From IMG/VR virus record IMGVR_UViG_3300032294_001260: a stretch of 64,000 bases of DNA. One strand, 5' to 3'. The notes beneath the pieces are model-generated. The model saw only the letters and a program-made list of their open reading frames with translations. It did no database searches and was not told the DNA's origin. Origin of the DNA: a virus (lineage: Duplodnaviria; Heunggongvirae; Uroviricota; Caudoviricetes). The translations under genes were made by a program, and so were the position numbers. Below are positions 10,534 through 21,696 of this stretch, piece by piece. How positions within the stretch are numbered: the first letter of the stretch is position 1; every line of letters begins with the position of its first letter.

Positions 10534-10899
10534 CTATTTAGGCTGTAAGTTTTTTACGTTGTCAGCCTTTAATTCTTCTAAATTTACAGTTTCTGCGAGC
10601 CACAATTCCAAGTTTTCTTTAGTAACTTCGGTTCCCGAAACTTTACTATCGACATTCCAAGTCGGCAACTCAGCAACTTTTAATCCAGTAGATGCCCAAC
10701 TGATAATATTGTTCGATTCGTCAAGTTCCACGGTTTCTATTTTATAGATGATGTGGACGAACTGAAAATCATTCAAATCGGGTTGTGGGTCATGTCCAGC
10801 GCCAATAATTGTTAGATGATGTTGAATCATATTATTCTGACTCGCACCTTGAATGTTTGTGGCGAAACAGTTCCAAACCCAAACGTGGTTCCCGTCCAC
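10534..10899 (-). CDS. Hypothetical protein (start uncertain; 5' region overlaps the upstream ORF)
   Basis: 121-aa ORF. Confidence 0.3.
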   Translation of the reverse strand: MDGNHVWVWNCFATNIQGASQNNMIQHHLTIIGAGHDPQPDLNDFQFVHIIYKIETVELDESNNIISWASTGLKVAELPTWNVDSKVSGTEVTKENLELWLAETVNLEELKADNVKNLQPK

Positions 10900-11531
10900 A
10901 GCCAGTAAGTTATATTATTTATATTGTCATAGGTTCCATTCGGGACCAAAGAGGCGCTACGATTCAGTGTCACGGTAGATCCGATGGTTACGGAAATTGA
11001 AATCCAAGGATTACCCCATCCAGTGGCTCTATGATCACCCGCCATCATGAATGTGGCAGTATCTGGAACACTTGTCACCACGCCTTGTGCATAATCAAAA
11101 ACTGAACTAATTGGACCATTCAAATCTAGGTTGTATGTGCTTTTACCCAAATAATCCACGTTGCCCAGTGTCCCGCCGCTCGAATCGGTGTAAACCAAGC
11201 CTAAAGCATTTGATGCCGTCGTTGACCATACACCCGCCTTGGTTTCGTAAAAACCAAACCCACCGTCAACATAAAAACTTTGAGAGGATGTATAGTTATT
11301 GGACTCAAAGTCTTTGTCTACAACATGTGTTGTGTTGCTTCGAAAGTCACTAAATCGCATGGTCCCCGATGATGGGATTTTGATGTTGTTCTCGTGTTGA
11401 GCAACACCGCCGTTCCAACCCAAAAAATTGCCACAAGCAAGGTAGGCGCGAAAATTGTTAGGTATTGTCCCACCAACTCCAAATTCATTGATGATTTCGG
11501 ACAGCCTAATAGTTCCAGTACCTAGAGGCAT
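10827..11531 (-). CDS. Hypothetical structural protein
   Basis: 234-aa ORF. TAATG-type coupling to the collagen-like fibre gene upstream. Confidence 0.4.
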   Translation of the reverse strand: MPLGTGTIRLSEIINEFGVGGTIPNNFRAYLACGNFLGWNGGVAQHENNIKIPSSGTMRFSDFRSNTTHVVDKDFESNNYTSSQSFYVDGGFGFYETKAGVWSTTASNALGLVYTDSSGGTLGNVDYLGKSTYNLDLNGPISSVFDYAQGVVTSVPDTATFMMAGDHRATGWGNPWISISVTIGSTVTLNRSASLVPNGTYDNINNITYWLWTGTTFGFGTVSPQTFKVRVRII

Positions 11532-12919
11532 TATTTTCTCTCAAGTGTTTCGATTCTTTCGTTCAATTCTTTGATACATTGGATTAGAACTGGAACCAAC
11601 TTGTCATAGTTGACTCTCTTGTATCCGTCTTTACCAGTGACCACCATTGATGGATACATCAACTCAACCTCTTGGGCAAGAACACCAATTTGAATTGAGT
11701 CGTCATCACTGACTCCTTCTCGTTTAGCAAGATCGTTCCAATAGTATTCAACCGCAGAAATCTCTTTAATCTTCTGAGTTGCGTTGTAAATTTTACGCAC
11801 CACTGTCTTTAATCTGTAGTCAGAGGTAGCAGCATAGTCTGTTGCAGTTAGGGTTCCCGTGCTAGGTTGGAAAGACAACTTGGTTGAACTGACGTTAACT
11901 GTACTCAAGGATCCACTTGTGCTGACTGTGAATAGTGGATAGTAAGTCGAAGCCGATGCTGTTTCATCTGTGATGCTACCCGCCACACCCGAAGTGCCTT
12001 GTGCACCCGTTGCACCCGTTGCACCCTGTGCGCCCGTAGCGCCCTGAGATCCTACACCCTGACTTCCGCCGCCAGATGGACCTTGGATGCCCTGAACGCC
12101 CTGACTGCCGCTTGCAGAGGCACCCTGCGCACCAATAGCGCCCGTAGAACCTTGCGCACCTTGGGCTGTCCCGCCCACGACGCTGAACGAGACGTTTGCA
12201 TTTCCAGCAGCCGCACCAGTCCCGCTTGTGACGGTAACTGTTACGGTTGACGTATTGACAAAATTGATTTGTCGGCTATTTAAAGAAGACCCGCTGTTTG
12301 CAGATACTCTTGCCGTATTACCCGAAGAACTTGCAGCGGATAGCGCACTCTGACCCAAGTCGTAAGCCGTTTTTACTGCATTGAGTGTTGGCGCATGTAC
12401 GACACTTGAAGATGAAACCGAGTCAATTAGATTTGCTGTGGTCAACAGCGTGGTATAGCCAACCGATGCGTTATTACTCGATTGCCACACATTAGCAGTC
12501 GAGTTGAATCTGACTTCTACGTTTCGAGATGCTTGTCTGACTCTTATTGTTCCGTCGCCATCAGTTATTGCGTTTTTTCTTAGAAGAAGCAGATCTGAAT
12601 CATTGGTGATATCGCCAAAGTTTGTTTGAACGCCCAATACCGTCAAATTACCCACGGTTGCGTTTGAGGTAACTACCAATCCATTTGAAGAGACGTTTCC
12701 GCCAATGGATGCGTTTGCATTACCCTCAACAAGTAAAAGCGTTCCGCCCGTGCTTCTGGCTATTCTTAAAACGCCGTTTGCAAGTCTGAAGTCGCCCTCA
12801 TCTTTGACATAAGACGAGTTGCGAAGCATATTCCTATCTACGATAAGACTATTGGTGACTATACGCCACTCGTCGAACGAGTTTGACATTAAAACTGGTG
12901 ATATATTTGCGTTAGCCAT
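11531..12919 (-). CDS. Tail fibre protein with collagen-like G-x-x repeats and C-terminal S74-like intramolecular chaperone domain
   Basis: 462-aa ORF. Contains [56 protein letters not shown]-terminus is ...YRLKTVVRKIYNATQKIKEISAVEYYWNDLAKREGVSDDDSIQIGVLAQEVELMYPSMV...NYDKLVPVLIQCIKELNERIETLERK. Confidence 0.7.
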   Translation of the reverse strand: MANANISPVLMSNSFDEWRIVTNSLIVDRNMLRNSSYVKDEGDFRLANGVLRIARSTGGTLLLVEGNANASIGGNVSSNGLVVTSNATVGNLTVLGVQTNFGDITNDSDLLLLRKNAITDGDGTIRVRQASRNVEVRFNSTANVWQSSNNASVGYTTLLTTANLIDSVSSSSVVHAPTLNAVKTAYDLGQSALSAASSSGNTARVSANSGSSLNSRQINFVNTSTVTVTVTSGTGAAAGNANVSFSVVGGTAQGAQGSTGAIGAQGASASGSQGVQGIQGPSGGGSQGVGSQGATGAQGATGATGAQGTSGVAGSITDETASASTYYPLFTVSTSGSLSTVNVSSTKLSFQPSTGTLTATDYAATSDYRLKTVVRKIYNATQKIKEISAVEYYWNDLAKREGVSDDDSIQIGVLAQEVELMYPSMVVTGKDGYKRVNYDKLVPVLIQCIKELNERIETLERK

Positions 12920-13127
12920 TTTGTCCTCTGTCTATCAGGAATTGAATCATGGATTTAATTTCTGAAACTTCCTGCTTCAATTTATTTATTTCGGAATCTC
13001 TGCGCTTGTCGGCTTGATTTTTTAGCAACTCAGCATTATATGCTCTGACCACTGACAGGTCATCACATACAACTGCCATGCTGGTCAAGTCGCGACTATA
13101 TTTTGTGCCTTCTATCTTAACTCTCAT
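12912..13127 (-). CDS. Small coiled-coil protein
   Basis: 71-aa ORF. Confidence 0.3.
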   Translation of the reverse strand: MRVKIEGTKYSRDLTSMAVVCDDLSVVRAYNAELLKNQADKRRDSEINKLKQEVSEIKSMIQFLIDRGQNG

Positions 13128-13129
13128 AA

Positions 13130-16081
13130 TTAAGTTGTATAGAATCCAGCGTCAACATCACTGGTCACTGGCACCTCCCCTGGAACCGCCACCACCCTCA
13201 AGTTTTCGATCATAGGAACGACGGTTGGATCCGATGCGGTCATTCGAATTTTTACCGCAAAGTATTTAAACGATCCGCCGAGTGGCTGTGCCTTGCTGCC
13301 ATCAAAGTATTCAATCTGACCCTTGTTTACCGCATAGCGATATTCGAGAGGTACTAAGGTAATTTGATCTGGTGAGATGTTGTTATTCAAGACTGTCATT
13401 CTCTGCCATTTCTTGGTTGACATTGGATCTTTATCCAGACCAGACAATACTTTGAAATAGACCTGAATATCGGTGCCTTGAGGTTTGATTGCATCCAATT
13501 TTACGATGAGGTCGCCCGCATCAAATCCGCTCTTCAGTTCAACAATTCTTGTCTGATACTTGGCCAGAGAATTTCCACCCGAAATGTCAGTTTCACCATT
13601 GATGACAACCTGTGCATTTGACACGGCATTAGGCTCGGTGATGGTTATTGTCGGTGAAGTGAAATAGCCAGAACCAGCATTGATGACATTGATTGCTCGT
13701 ATTCCTCCACTGACCAACATTGATGGCAACACATTTGCAGTAGCCTTGTTTGATCCAATGTCTGGATCCGAGAAAGTCACAACGATATTGGCTGCGTTTG
13801 AGTGCGATCCAGTGCTTGTGATCGAAATCAAATTGTTGGAGATGCCAGCATTGTTGATGATGTTTTGAAGTCCAAAAATACTGAAACGCTCTTTGTTAAT
13901 AACAGGACTTACGGTATCGTCGCTGGTTGTCATGGTCACTTTAACATTTAAAGTTGCCGCATTAGCGCGAGGGATCAGTCTTCTTCTCTTAGAGGTAACG
14001 CTTGAGATATCTGTATCCCCGCCAAATTTGTAGATCTCATTGTTATTCAGTTTAATGTAATCGGTTACTGTGGTTCCATCCATCAACAAACTCTTCATCT
14101 CATAAGTTATGCTGGTTGGAGAGAACTGTTGCTCTGTTGCGGAGATTTTCACCGAATCCATCAAAATATTAGTCGTCAGATCTTCATCTGGATTAATTGT
14201 AAAGTAGACGGTCTTTGATGGACTAAATTTTGCTTTATTGATAACGAACATCAAATCCTGATTTAGAATTGGATTCCAGTTTGAAGCATTCATGGAAGTG
14301 AAAAAGTTTCCGACATATGGCTGCTCAGAAACGGTTCTTGAGTTTCCATTTTCGTCTGTATACACGCCACCCAATGTTGAAGTCCAAACTTCATAGTCTG
14401 GTGATTCGGTTATCAACTTGATAGCATATTCAGTTGAAGGTTCCAAATAAATTGGATCTTTGAATGAGAACTTGGTAAGAGTTGCCGCATTCGAAGTGCT
14501 AGGATTTGAAGACACTGTGATCCATGCGGGTTCAAGAGTTCTTTCTGCAATGATATCGTTTGAAGGCAACCCGCTCACCACTTTGGATATGGCTACGGTA
14601 AACGGCAATTGTTCTTCTGGGTCTGTTGGTTTACTCTTGAAGAATAGGTCAACAGAAGAGACAAACATTCCGTATGAAGACTTAACCTGCCCGTTCACAA
14701 TCTGATTTGAGATTGGAGTTGAGAAGGTCTGTGCCATGTATTTACGATCATTAGTCTTTCGTGTGTTTTCCAATACACTTGAAGGTGCTTGCTGAGTGTT
14801 TGGAGTCTGTTCACGAAGAACTGAGTTTCTAGCGTTGGTCTGAGAGTTAACTTTACCGAGAGCGTTATATTTGGCAATGGCTCTCATCTTGTATGAGTTG
14901 TCATTGTATGTGTCGGTATCAGAGATGGTGAATACTCGTTCACCCGTCAACCAGCGAAGATTGTTGGCTGATGGTATGTGGAAAACTCCGTATAGGGCAC
15001 CCACATCATCAACTTTATGGTCGCCAATTGAATACACTGTATTCGATGTTGGCAGTTCTGGCATGCTCTGGCTCAGAACAAGTTCTGTCCAGCCAAATGC
15101 GGTATTGGTTGATACTCCAACAATCTGAGAACTGAATCCCATGTTGGTTCCAGACACCACATACAAAGTATTACCCACAACATCAGAAATTCCATCGCGA
15201 GTAATGTTATTGGATGATATGACGATAGACTTCAGATTGGTTGTATTTGTAGAGGTAACGGCGGATGAAAATGCCAAATAAGAGTTTGTTGCGCTGACCT
15301 GAGATGTCAGAATGTTTCCAGAAATTGCATTGCCAGTTGAAGCAAAGACAATAGTCTCACCAGAAATAAAACGATTGTTTGCTAGAACATTAGACAGAAC
15401 TTTTTCGTCTGGATAGTATCGAGATAGATTCCAGATTCCGTCAGAGGTTGAACTTGTTGCGGTGACATTAGCGCGACCCAAAATTGGTTCAACGACTAAT
15501 GCTCCAGTTGAAGGTATGGCTGGATTGAAGATCCACTTCTTAACCTTACCCAAGAATGTGAAATTAGGCTGCAATGTTCCCGTATACCAAAAATCAGAAA
15601 TAGCGGAATCATTTGAAGTCTGATAGACCAAGTCACCATCTTTGAAGTCATTTGCAGTAAGATTTATTGCAGTGGGTCCCTTGGTTACTTCGAAAGTGAT
15701 GAAATTCTCATTGAGATAGATTAGGTTCTGGGTTGCGCTTCGGCTGGTTCCCAGAACTTCCGCATACGCATTAGATCTTAGTCCGTAGATACCTTCGTTG
15801 GTCTTAACAGAAGATAAGGCCAATTCAGAATTTACGTTGACTACTGATGCTCTTTGAGAGAAGTTATTGACTTTGATTTCGTCGAAAAAGAAATTTGGTT
15901 TTGCGTCTGGCTTTAAATTTTTAGCCGCAAAATTGATATCGTTTTCACGCACGAATGGAGTCAATCCAACAGAAGCAACTGCCTCAGTACCATAATCTCT
16001 GAGGATTTGGTTGGGCGTGTACGCCTTTTCTATTTGACGACGACGAGCCGCTTTTCTTTGTGCTTCTAAACCTTGTCCCAT
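13130..16081 (-). CDS. Large virion structural protein (baseplate/fibre-associated)
   Basis: 983-aa ORF in the structural operon. No specific family recognised. Confidence 0.5.
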   Translation of the reverse strand: MGQGLEAQRKAARRRQIEKAYTPNQILRDYGTEAVASVGLTPFVRENDINFAAKNLKPDAKPNFFFDEIKVNNFSQRASVVNVNSELALSSVKTNEGIYGLRSNAYAEVLGTSRSATQNLIYLNENFITFEVTKGPTAINLTANDFKDGDLVYQTSNDSAISDFWYTGTLQPNFTFLGKVKKWIFNPAIPSTGALVVEPILGRANVTATSSTSDGIWNLSRYYPDEKVLSNVLANNRFISGETIVFASTGNAISGNILTSQVSATNSYLAFSSAVTSTNTTNLKSIVISSNNITRDGISDVVGNTLYVVSGTNMGFSSQIVGVSTNTAFGWTELVLSQSMPELPTSNTVYSIGDHKVDDVGALYGVFHIPSANNLRWLTGERVFTISDTDTYNDNSYKMRAIAKYNALGKVNSQTNARNSVLREQTPNTQQAPSSVLENTRKTNDRKYMAQTFSTPISNQIVNGQVKSSYGMFVSSVDLFFKSKPTDPEEQLPFTVAISKVVSGLPSNDIIAERTLEPAWITVSSNPSTSNAATLTKFSFKDPIYLEPSTEYAIKLITESPDYEVWTSTLGGVYTDENGNSRTVSEQPYVGNFFTSMNASNWNPILNQDLMFVINKAKFSPSKTVYFTINPDEDLTTNILMDSVKISATEQQFSPTSITYEMKSLLMDGTTVTDYIKLNNNEIYKFGGDTDISSVTSKRRRLIPRANAATLNVKVTMTTSDDTVSPVINKERFSIFGLQNIINNAGISNNLISITSTGSHSNAANIVVTFSDPDIGSNKATANVLPSMLVSGGIRAINVINAGSGYFTSPTITITEPNAVSNAQVVINGETDISGGNSLAKYQTRIVELKSGFDAGDLIVKLDAIKPQGTDIQVYFKVLSGLDKDPMSTKKWQRMTVLNNNISPDQITLVPLEYRYAVNKGQIEYFDGSKAQPLGGSFKYFAVKIRMTASDPTVVPMIENLRVVAVPGEVPVTSDVDAGFYTT

Positions 16082-16096
16082 TATGAGTTATCCTCT

Positions 16097-19000
16097 TTAA
16101 ACTTTATCGTATCTACCAGAATTATATGACTCAGATATCCTTCCAGACCCTGGCGTCAAATACGACGTTTCCTTCCAACCCGAAACATAAGCGTTAGGAT
16201 CATCGACCGACGTTGCAACTGGAGCGTTGCCTGTCCATGTGCTATTTAAGAATGTTTCTGCAGCCGTCCCTAAGAAATTAATGTTTACTGGAACCAGTGA
16301 TGTTGGTTCTGTCACAGAAGTTACATTAGGGTCTGGTATATAGATCGAACTTGAGCCGCCAATAAATTGATAGTCACCCACCAAGAATGGATTGTTGTAG
16401 AATGTGTTTGTGTAGCCATTGCCACCCAAATTGACAACCAAAGAATTGGTTATCGCTGGGTATCCACCAGCCTCAGCCTGTTTCAATTCAAAGTAACGGC
16501 CCAGCGAATCTGTGATAGATGGCTGGTGTTCGGTTGAATAGAAGTAGTCGCTTTCTGGTGTTAGGGTCACAAACCCTTCAAATTTACCTATAATTGAAGT
16601 CTGTACCTTAGATGCTGAGTCTGGTGTATAGGTTTTCTGTGAGACTGCTGGAGTTTCTGTGTAGTTCAGTGTGATGAACTTGTCTAGGACATCGTTTTCT
16701 GTGGTATCCAATGCCTTCAATGTAAACCCAGTGATTTGCTTGTAGCAAGTCAACCTACCATTCTCGATAGAAGCAGAGAAGTCATTATTGGTATCTGCCA
16801 CACTCAGATCATTAAAATCATCAACCAATGTTCCATAAATTGGTTTGTTTATGGTTGGTGTGACTGGAGACTTGGGTGGATTGTCAATAATGTCAGACTC
16901 AGATTCTTTCAGATGTACAAACTTTTCCAAATCGGTCAGTCTTTCATCCAACTCAGAAATATCTCTCATCGTGTAGCGACGGTTGTCGAGATATTCGGCG
17001 TCAATTGAATTGTGCGATGCGGTATACGCTGGAATCTTTAGTTTGTAGATCGCGATAGCATCTTCATTTACTACTGGTTCTTGTGGAGCCAGTGATGGGA
17101 CGCCAGTCAATAACTTGAACTCCTTGTCTTTGGTGATAACGACTTTATCTAGACGAGGTAAGTAATATGAGTAGTCCAATTCGATTGGATCTGTAGGTCT
17201 CTGGATATAAGTCTCAGAGAACTTCTTGTTATCCGAGACAAGATACAGCATTCCATCATTCACCGCACCACCGACAAGAGCAGAAGATAGGGTGAATGTC
17301 TGTGCATTTTGTGCGTCTGCTACTCTTCTGGTCTGACCGTTTATTCTGACCAAACTGCCCACTGTTATTGGCGGACTGATGATGTTGGCTGTCTTGGCAG
17401 TATTTGCCTGAACTGTCAACCCACCAGATGCAACATTTATTCTAGGTGAGAGTAGTGTTGTAGTAAATGGATCTGTGAGCAGACCAGAGTCGCGAACTGG
17501 GCGCAAGTCTATGCTATCTCTTAGATTGTAGGTTATTCCGTTCTGACTCTTGTAGATCGGAATCAATTCATTTGCATAGAGTGTCTGTGCGTAAGATTTT
17601 GCAGACAGATAGCCGATACCAGCGTGGACGAAGTAATCGAACAGAACTGCGGTTTGTCCAGATGGTGGGGATGCGCCAGGTTTTAGTGTGATGGATGCGT
17701 GATCGTAGTAATTATCATTTTGACCGCTATCAAAAGCGTAACGGTCTGTGATATCGATCATGTTTGATGTGTTTGGCGCATGACTGATATTTGCAGAATC
17801 ATAGATCTTCTTGATACGAACAACATCAGACACGAAAAGCGGTTGCCGCTCCCCTGGAATCTTCGAAATAACATCCGATGTGGTGAACCACGCGATGCCA
17901 TTTGATGTGTTGATTTTTACGTTGGCGTAATTGATCACACCAGTCGCAAAGGCTAATGTATCACCCGAAGTCAGTGCCGAATTTGCTTGAACCAGTGTTT
18001 TGGTTCTACGAGTATCTTCGATTGCAGTCAACTTTACGGTGATGTAGACATCGGCGTCGAAAGATGTTCCAGATCCATTTGCAGTATTGATTATGATCTG
18101 ATCGTCGGTCGCTCTATAGACACTACGAGGGCTGACAGTTAGATCAATAATTTTGCCCGTATTTGCTCCAGTAACTGGAATGACAATGATGTTTTCTTGG
18201 ATATCGGCGCTAGAAACCAATTGCCCATTTGTACCAAAATCAAATTTACCTTGGTCTGGTCCAGCAAGACCAAATGAGTATGATCCGTTACCGCCACCAA
18301 AACTTACTCTACGAATATAGCGTCGATATAGATCGACGTTGTCTTCGCTGTCATACTTGACGTAATAGTTTGGCAATTCAAAGAGGTTGCTATTATAGGA
18401 TGTATCTTGAAGTGACGCAGATCCAATAACATCTTTACTGTCAACGGAAACGTTTGCAGTCAGGTTTGCGCTCAAGAATGTCGATGTGTTTGGGCGAACG
18501 AAAGATTCTGCAGCAGAAATTGGTACAGATAGAGAGAACTTATCCCCAGCAAAGACTTGATTTGTAAACTTGGTTGCCAGTGCCGCAAGTTTAGTGTTGC
18601 CGTTGTAGTTCGTGATAATCGCAGATTGCCCCGCAGAATTACCAGTCAACATCGTAACAACACCATCTACATACGCGCTGGTGTTGGATGAGAAATATGA
18701 TGGCAGATAGATTTCATCGTAATACAAAGAATTCTGTCTGGCGGTTCCAACCATCGGAGTGAAATTGACATCAACCAAGTACAAGAAGTATTCGTTGTCG
18801 TCTTTTCTCTCAAAATTTTTGATCTTGGCAGAGCCAATTCGAGTTGCGTAATAAGAATGTGTATTACCGTTTAGTGTGATGAAATCTGAAGTTGCACAGT
18901 GAATATCAACTTCTTTCATATCTTGACTGAAGCAAGCGCCTTCTGATCCGCCGACAATATCGGTTGCTACAATTCTATTGCCGTAGTAGGCAGACAAGTT

Positions 19001-20059
19001 GTAGTTCTTATTGTCTTTGAAGGTTCTTGCTCTAGGAGCAGAGAGTTTTTGAGTTCCGATGGTCTCAAACTCGAACCCCTTCACATACGCTTTACCTGGC
19101 TCAATATTAATCAAAAACGTTTCCGTATTTTCCGCCACACCCGCTGGGGTGTTTGCCGAAAGATTGATTCTGAATGGCTTGACAACATAGTTGCCAGATT
19201 CATCGTAAGTACGGCGGGCCAAAGTCTTTTCCAACTCTGAGTAGATTGGATAAGAAACTTGACGAGTTATGACTCCATTTTCAACTCTTAGGAGTTCAAA
19301 GAATTTGCTATCGTCAACTGATTCTATTGCACGTTTAGATAGGACTAGGTTGAACTTGTATCGAGCCGCCCCTGGAGCCTGATAATTAAACGATTCCTGC
19401 GCTGGATCCAGAAGAGCGGTGTCTTCATTTTCCGTCACAACACTTTCATCTATCTCCAATCCAACTCTATAGGTTGGAGATGCGTTGTATGGGTCAAGTA
19501 CGATGGTTTGTTGAGCAACCTTAACAAAGAATCCACCAACATAAAACACACCATCGTTAATAGTTACGGTGGAGCCAGTGCCCGTGAAGTTTGGGCTTGA
19601 AATATTTGCCGAATACAGTCCGTCTCCAGCGGTGCTAATAGTCTGTCCTGCTTGGAAGTTAGGGCCGCGAAGATATTTGATCAACAGAGTTCTGTCTGTT
19701 GACGAAGAATAGGTCTGCACCACACGTGCGCGAGTTTTTGGTGTCACTGAATTGTATACGGTAACGTTTAAAAAGTTGTCCAGATCAATATCTGAACCAC
19801 CAAATTGCTTATCTAATTTAATATAGGTGGCAGAGGTGTCTAGAGTGAGATGTCCACCAATAACGGGCGAACCGTCTTGGAAAATGTGGTTACCAAATTG
19901 TTTGATTTGATTCTGGATAATAGACTGAATCTGAGTCAGTTCTCTTGCCTGAACCGCGTAACTCGGGCGGAACAGTATACGCATATAGTTATTTTCTAGG
20001 GCACCATTAGTAGCCTCGAAATCGTCCCAATATGGCGCAGCGTTAAAGTCTATTGTCAT
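16097..20059 (-). CDS. Very large virion structural protein (conserved N-terminus DFNAAPYWDDFEATNGALENNYMRILFRPSYAVQARELTQIQSIIQNQI)
   Basis: 1320-aa ORF immediately downstream of the gp8 homologue. The N-terminal motif resembles a conserved block seen in large structural proteins of marine T4-like phages. Confidence 0.5.
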   Translation of the reverse strand: MTIDFNAAPYWDDFEATNGALENNYMRILFRPSYAVQARELTQIQSIIQNQIKQFGNHIFQDGSPVIGGHLTLDTSATYIKLDKQFGGSDIDLDNFLNVTVYNSVTPKTRARVVQTYSSSTDRTLLIKYLRGPNFQAGQTISTAGDGLYSANISSPNFTGTGSTVTINDGVFYVGGFFVKVAQQTIVLDPYNASPTYRVGLEIDESVVTENEDTALLDPAQESFNYQAPGAARYKFNLVLSKRAIESVDDSKFFELLRVENGVITRQVSYPIYSELEKTLARRTYDESGNYVVKPFRINLSANTPAGVAENTETFLINIEPGKAYVKGFEFETIGTQKLSAPRARTFKDNKNYNLSAYYGNRIVATDIVGGSEGACFSQDMKEVDIHCATSDFITLNGNTHSYYATRIGSAKIKNFERKDDNEYFLYLVDVNFTPMVGTARQNSLYYDEIYLPSYFSSNTSAYVDGVVTMLTGNSAGQSAIITNYNGNTKLAALATKFTNQVFAGDKFSLSVPISAAESFVRPNTSTFLSANLTANVSVDSKDVIGSASLQDTSYNSNLFELPNYYVKYDSEDNVDLYRRYIRRVSFGGGNGSYSFGLAGPDQGKFDFGTNGQLVSSADIQENIIVIPVTGANTGKIIDLTVSPRSVYRATDDQIIINTANGSGTSFDADVYITVKLTAIEDTRRTKTLVQANSALTSGDTLAFATGVINYANVKINTSNGIAWFTTSDVISKIPGERQPLFVSDVVRIKKIYDSANISHAPNTSNMIDITDRYAFDSGQNDNYYDHASITLKPGASPPSGQTAVLFDYFVHAGIGYLSAKSYAQTLYANELIPIYKSQNGITYNLRDSIDLRPVRDSGLLTDPFTTTLLSPRINVASGGLTVQANTAKTANIISPPITVGSLVRINGQTRRVADAQNAQTFTLSSALVGGAVNDGMLYLVSDNKKFSETYIQRPTDPIELDYSYYLPRLDKVVITKDKEFKLLTGVPSLAPQEPVVNEDAIAIYKLKIPAYTASHNSIDAEYLDNRRYTMRDISELDERLTDLEKFVHLKESESDIIDNPPKSPVTPTINKPIYGTLVDDFNDLSVADTNNDFSASIENGRLTCYKQITGFTLKALDTTENDVLDKFITLNYTETPAVSQKTYTPDSASKVQTSIIGKFEGFVTLTPESDYFYSTEHQPSITDSLGRYFELKQAEAGGYPAITNSLVVNLGGNGYTNTFYNNPFLVGDYQFIGGSSSIYIPDPNVTSVTEPTSLVPVNINFLGTAAETFLNSTWTGNAPVATSVDDPNAYVSGWKETSYLTPGSGRISESYNSGRYDKV

Positions 20060-20070
20060 TTAGAGTACCC

Positions 20071-21693
20071 TTAAAATTCTATCAAAAGTTTTACTGTTTC
20101 AGTTTGATTCAAAGACCTGACGATCTTTGCTTTGTTTTCGATGTAAAGTATTTCACCAGACAAAATATTTATGTCGGGTTCTATGACCGAAAATACCTGT
20201 GAATACACGCTGGTATTGTCTTTCTCATAGATTGTCTTAGTTGAAATTGCGCTAACGTCACCCTTGATATTGTTAACATACAGGACATTTTCTGTCGTAT
20301 CAAAGTGAACGACCGTAGCAGAGAACGTTGCAGCGGCAAACGAAGTTCCCACATATACGGTTTTGTCTGGTGTAAAGTCAATTGTTGGATTGTCCACAAA
20401 TATTTTGGTGTACATCGAATAGACTGTTGATGTGGCCAAAGAATTGTTGGATACGGTTGGATTATTGATCAAAGCAATCTGTCTGAAGTCGCTTGTTCCG
20501 TTGGTGTAAGTTGGCAAGTAGCCATTCACGGTGCCTTGAAAATCTACGCTGATCATTTGATCCGATGCACCCAATTCTCTGGCTGGATCCGAACCGTGAC
20601 CACCACGTGGACCTATTACTGCAACCAAGTTGGCAGTGGTTCCGCCAGATTTTAGTGCATCATTGATAGCGATATTGGCTGTCGTGTAATCAACTCCACC
20701 GTTTAAAATGTTGACATTGGTTATAACGCCATTGGCTACGTCTACGGTAACGTTTGCACCACTACCATCTCCAGTGACTGTCAAAATATTGTAATTGTTG
20801 ACGGTAGCCCCGTTGTAGTAACCAGAGCCTCCAGATATGATTTTAATGATATCCAGCGCCCCATTTTTAGCGTTTTCATAGACAGTCGTATCTCTGACTA
20901 CTGGCATGTGTGTATTGCTGAAGAACTTTTGCTTCAACCCGCTAGGAATAGTGTACAAATATTTCCATTTGTAGCCGTCGGAGGTTTGAATGTAAGGATT
21001 TTCTGGCAACTGCCCGCCAATAGTAATTTCTGGAGAAACCGTCGATGTTCCGTTGTTATTGTTGAACAAACACTTAAATACTTGGTCGGCAGTGTTGCGG
21101 ACATAGAATTTGTATGAATACTGGGTGTTTGAATCAACACTCTTGTAGAGTACTTGATTGGTGACAGCAGAAGAGAAGTTTGAGTTGACTTGAATGAAGT
21201 CACCCGCTACGTTGATTCGGACAATTTCTTTGGTTTCAGTCCCAATTTTAATGAAACTGCCCACAGAGAGCGACGGAGTGCTGAACGCCAAATTGATGCC
21301 ATTAGCCACCACGGTATTTGCCAAAGAATTGCTGACATTCACCGTCCCGCCAGATATAGCGGTGTCGAGAATTTTAATGTAAAGGTTGGCAGTCTGATCG
21401 TATGCGGTATACACAGTTCCGCTCTGCCAATCAATTCTGGGGACGACTGGCTGAATATCGCTGCCAATCAATTTCTTTAAAATAAGACCCCTCTTCACTA
21501 AATCGTTCTTATAATCGACGGTATCGTATGGGTCGGGCAGTGATGTATCGTCTAATAGGTTAACGTTTGATGAATTGGCCCACGGGATAGAGCGCCCCAA
21601 CATGACGTAGACTTTATTCTGACCCGAGGTTATGCCATATTCGAAGTTTTCGGCATTAATAACCCCAAAGTCTTTAGTGATAATCGATTTCAT
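20071..21693 (-). CDS. gp8: Baseplate wedge subunit, T4 gp8 homologue
   Basis: Blocks of the 540-aa ORF align with T4 gp8. ITSGQNKVYVMLGRSIPWANSSN aligns with IGSGPDKNTIFITFGRSEPWSSNEN. PVVPRIDWQSGTVY aligns with AVIPRRDWGDTRY. The C-terminus GEILYIENKAKIV...LLIEF aligns with GEMIYMENRPPII...ILFTF. Position is downstream of gp7/gp6. Confidence 0.7.
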   Translation of the reverse strand: MKSIITKDFGVINAENFEYGITSGQNKVYVMLGRSIPWANSSNVNLLDDTSLPDPYDTVDYKNDLVKRGLILKKLIGSDIQPVVPRIDWQSGTVYTAYDQTANLYIKILDTAISGGTVNVSNSLANTVVANGINLAFSTPSLSVGSFIKIGTETKEIVRINVAGDFIQVNSNFSSAVTNQVLYKSVDSNTQYSYKFYVRNTADQVFKCLFNNNNGTSTVSPEITIGGQLPENPYIQTSDGYKWKYLYTIPSGLKQKFFSNTHMPVVRDTTVYENAKNGALDIIKIISGGSGYYNGATVNNYNILTVTGDGSGANVTVDVANGVITNVNILNGGVDYTTANIAINDALKSGGTTANLVAVIGPRGGHGSDPARELGASDQMISVDFQGTVNGYLPTYTNGTSDFRQIALINNPTVSNNSLATSTVYSMYTKIFVDNPTIDFTPDKTVYVGTSFAAATFSATVVHFDTTENVLYVNNIKGDVSAISTKTIYEKDNTSVYSQVFSVIEPDINILSGEILYIENKAKIVRSLNQTETVKLLIEF

Positions 21694-21696
21694 TTC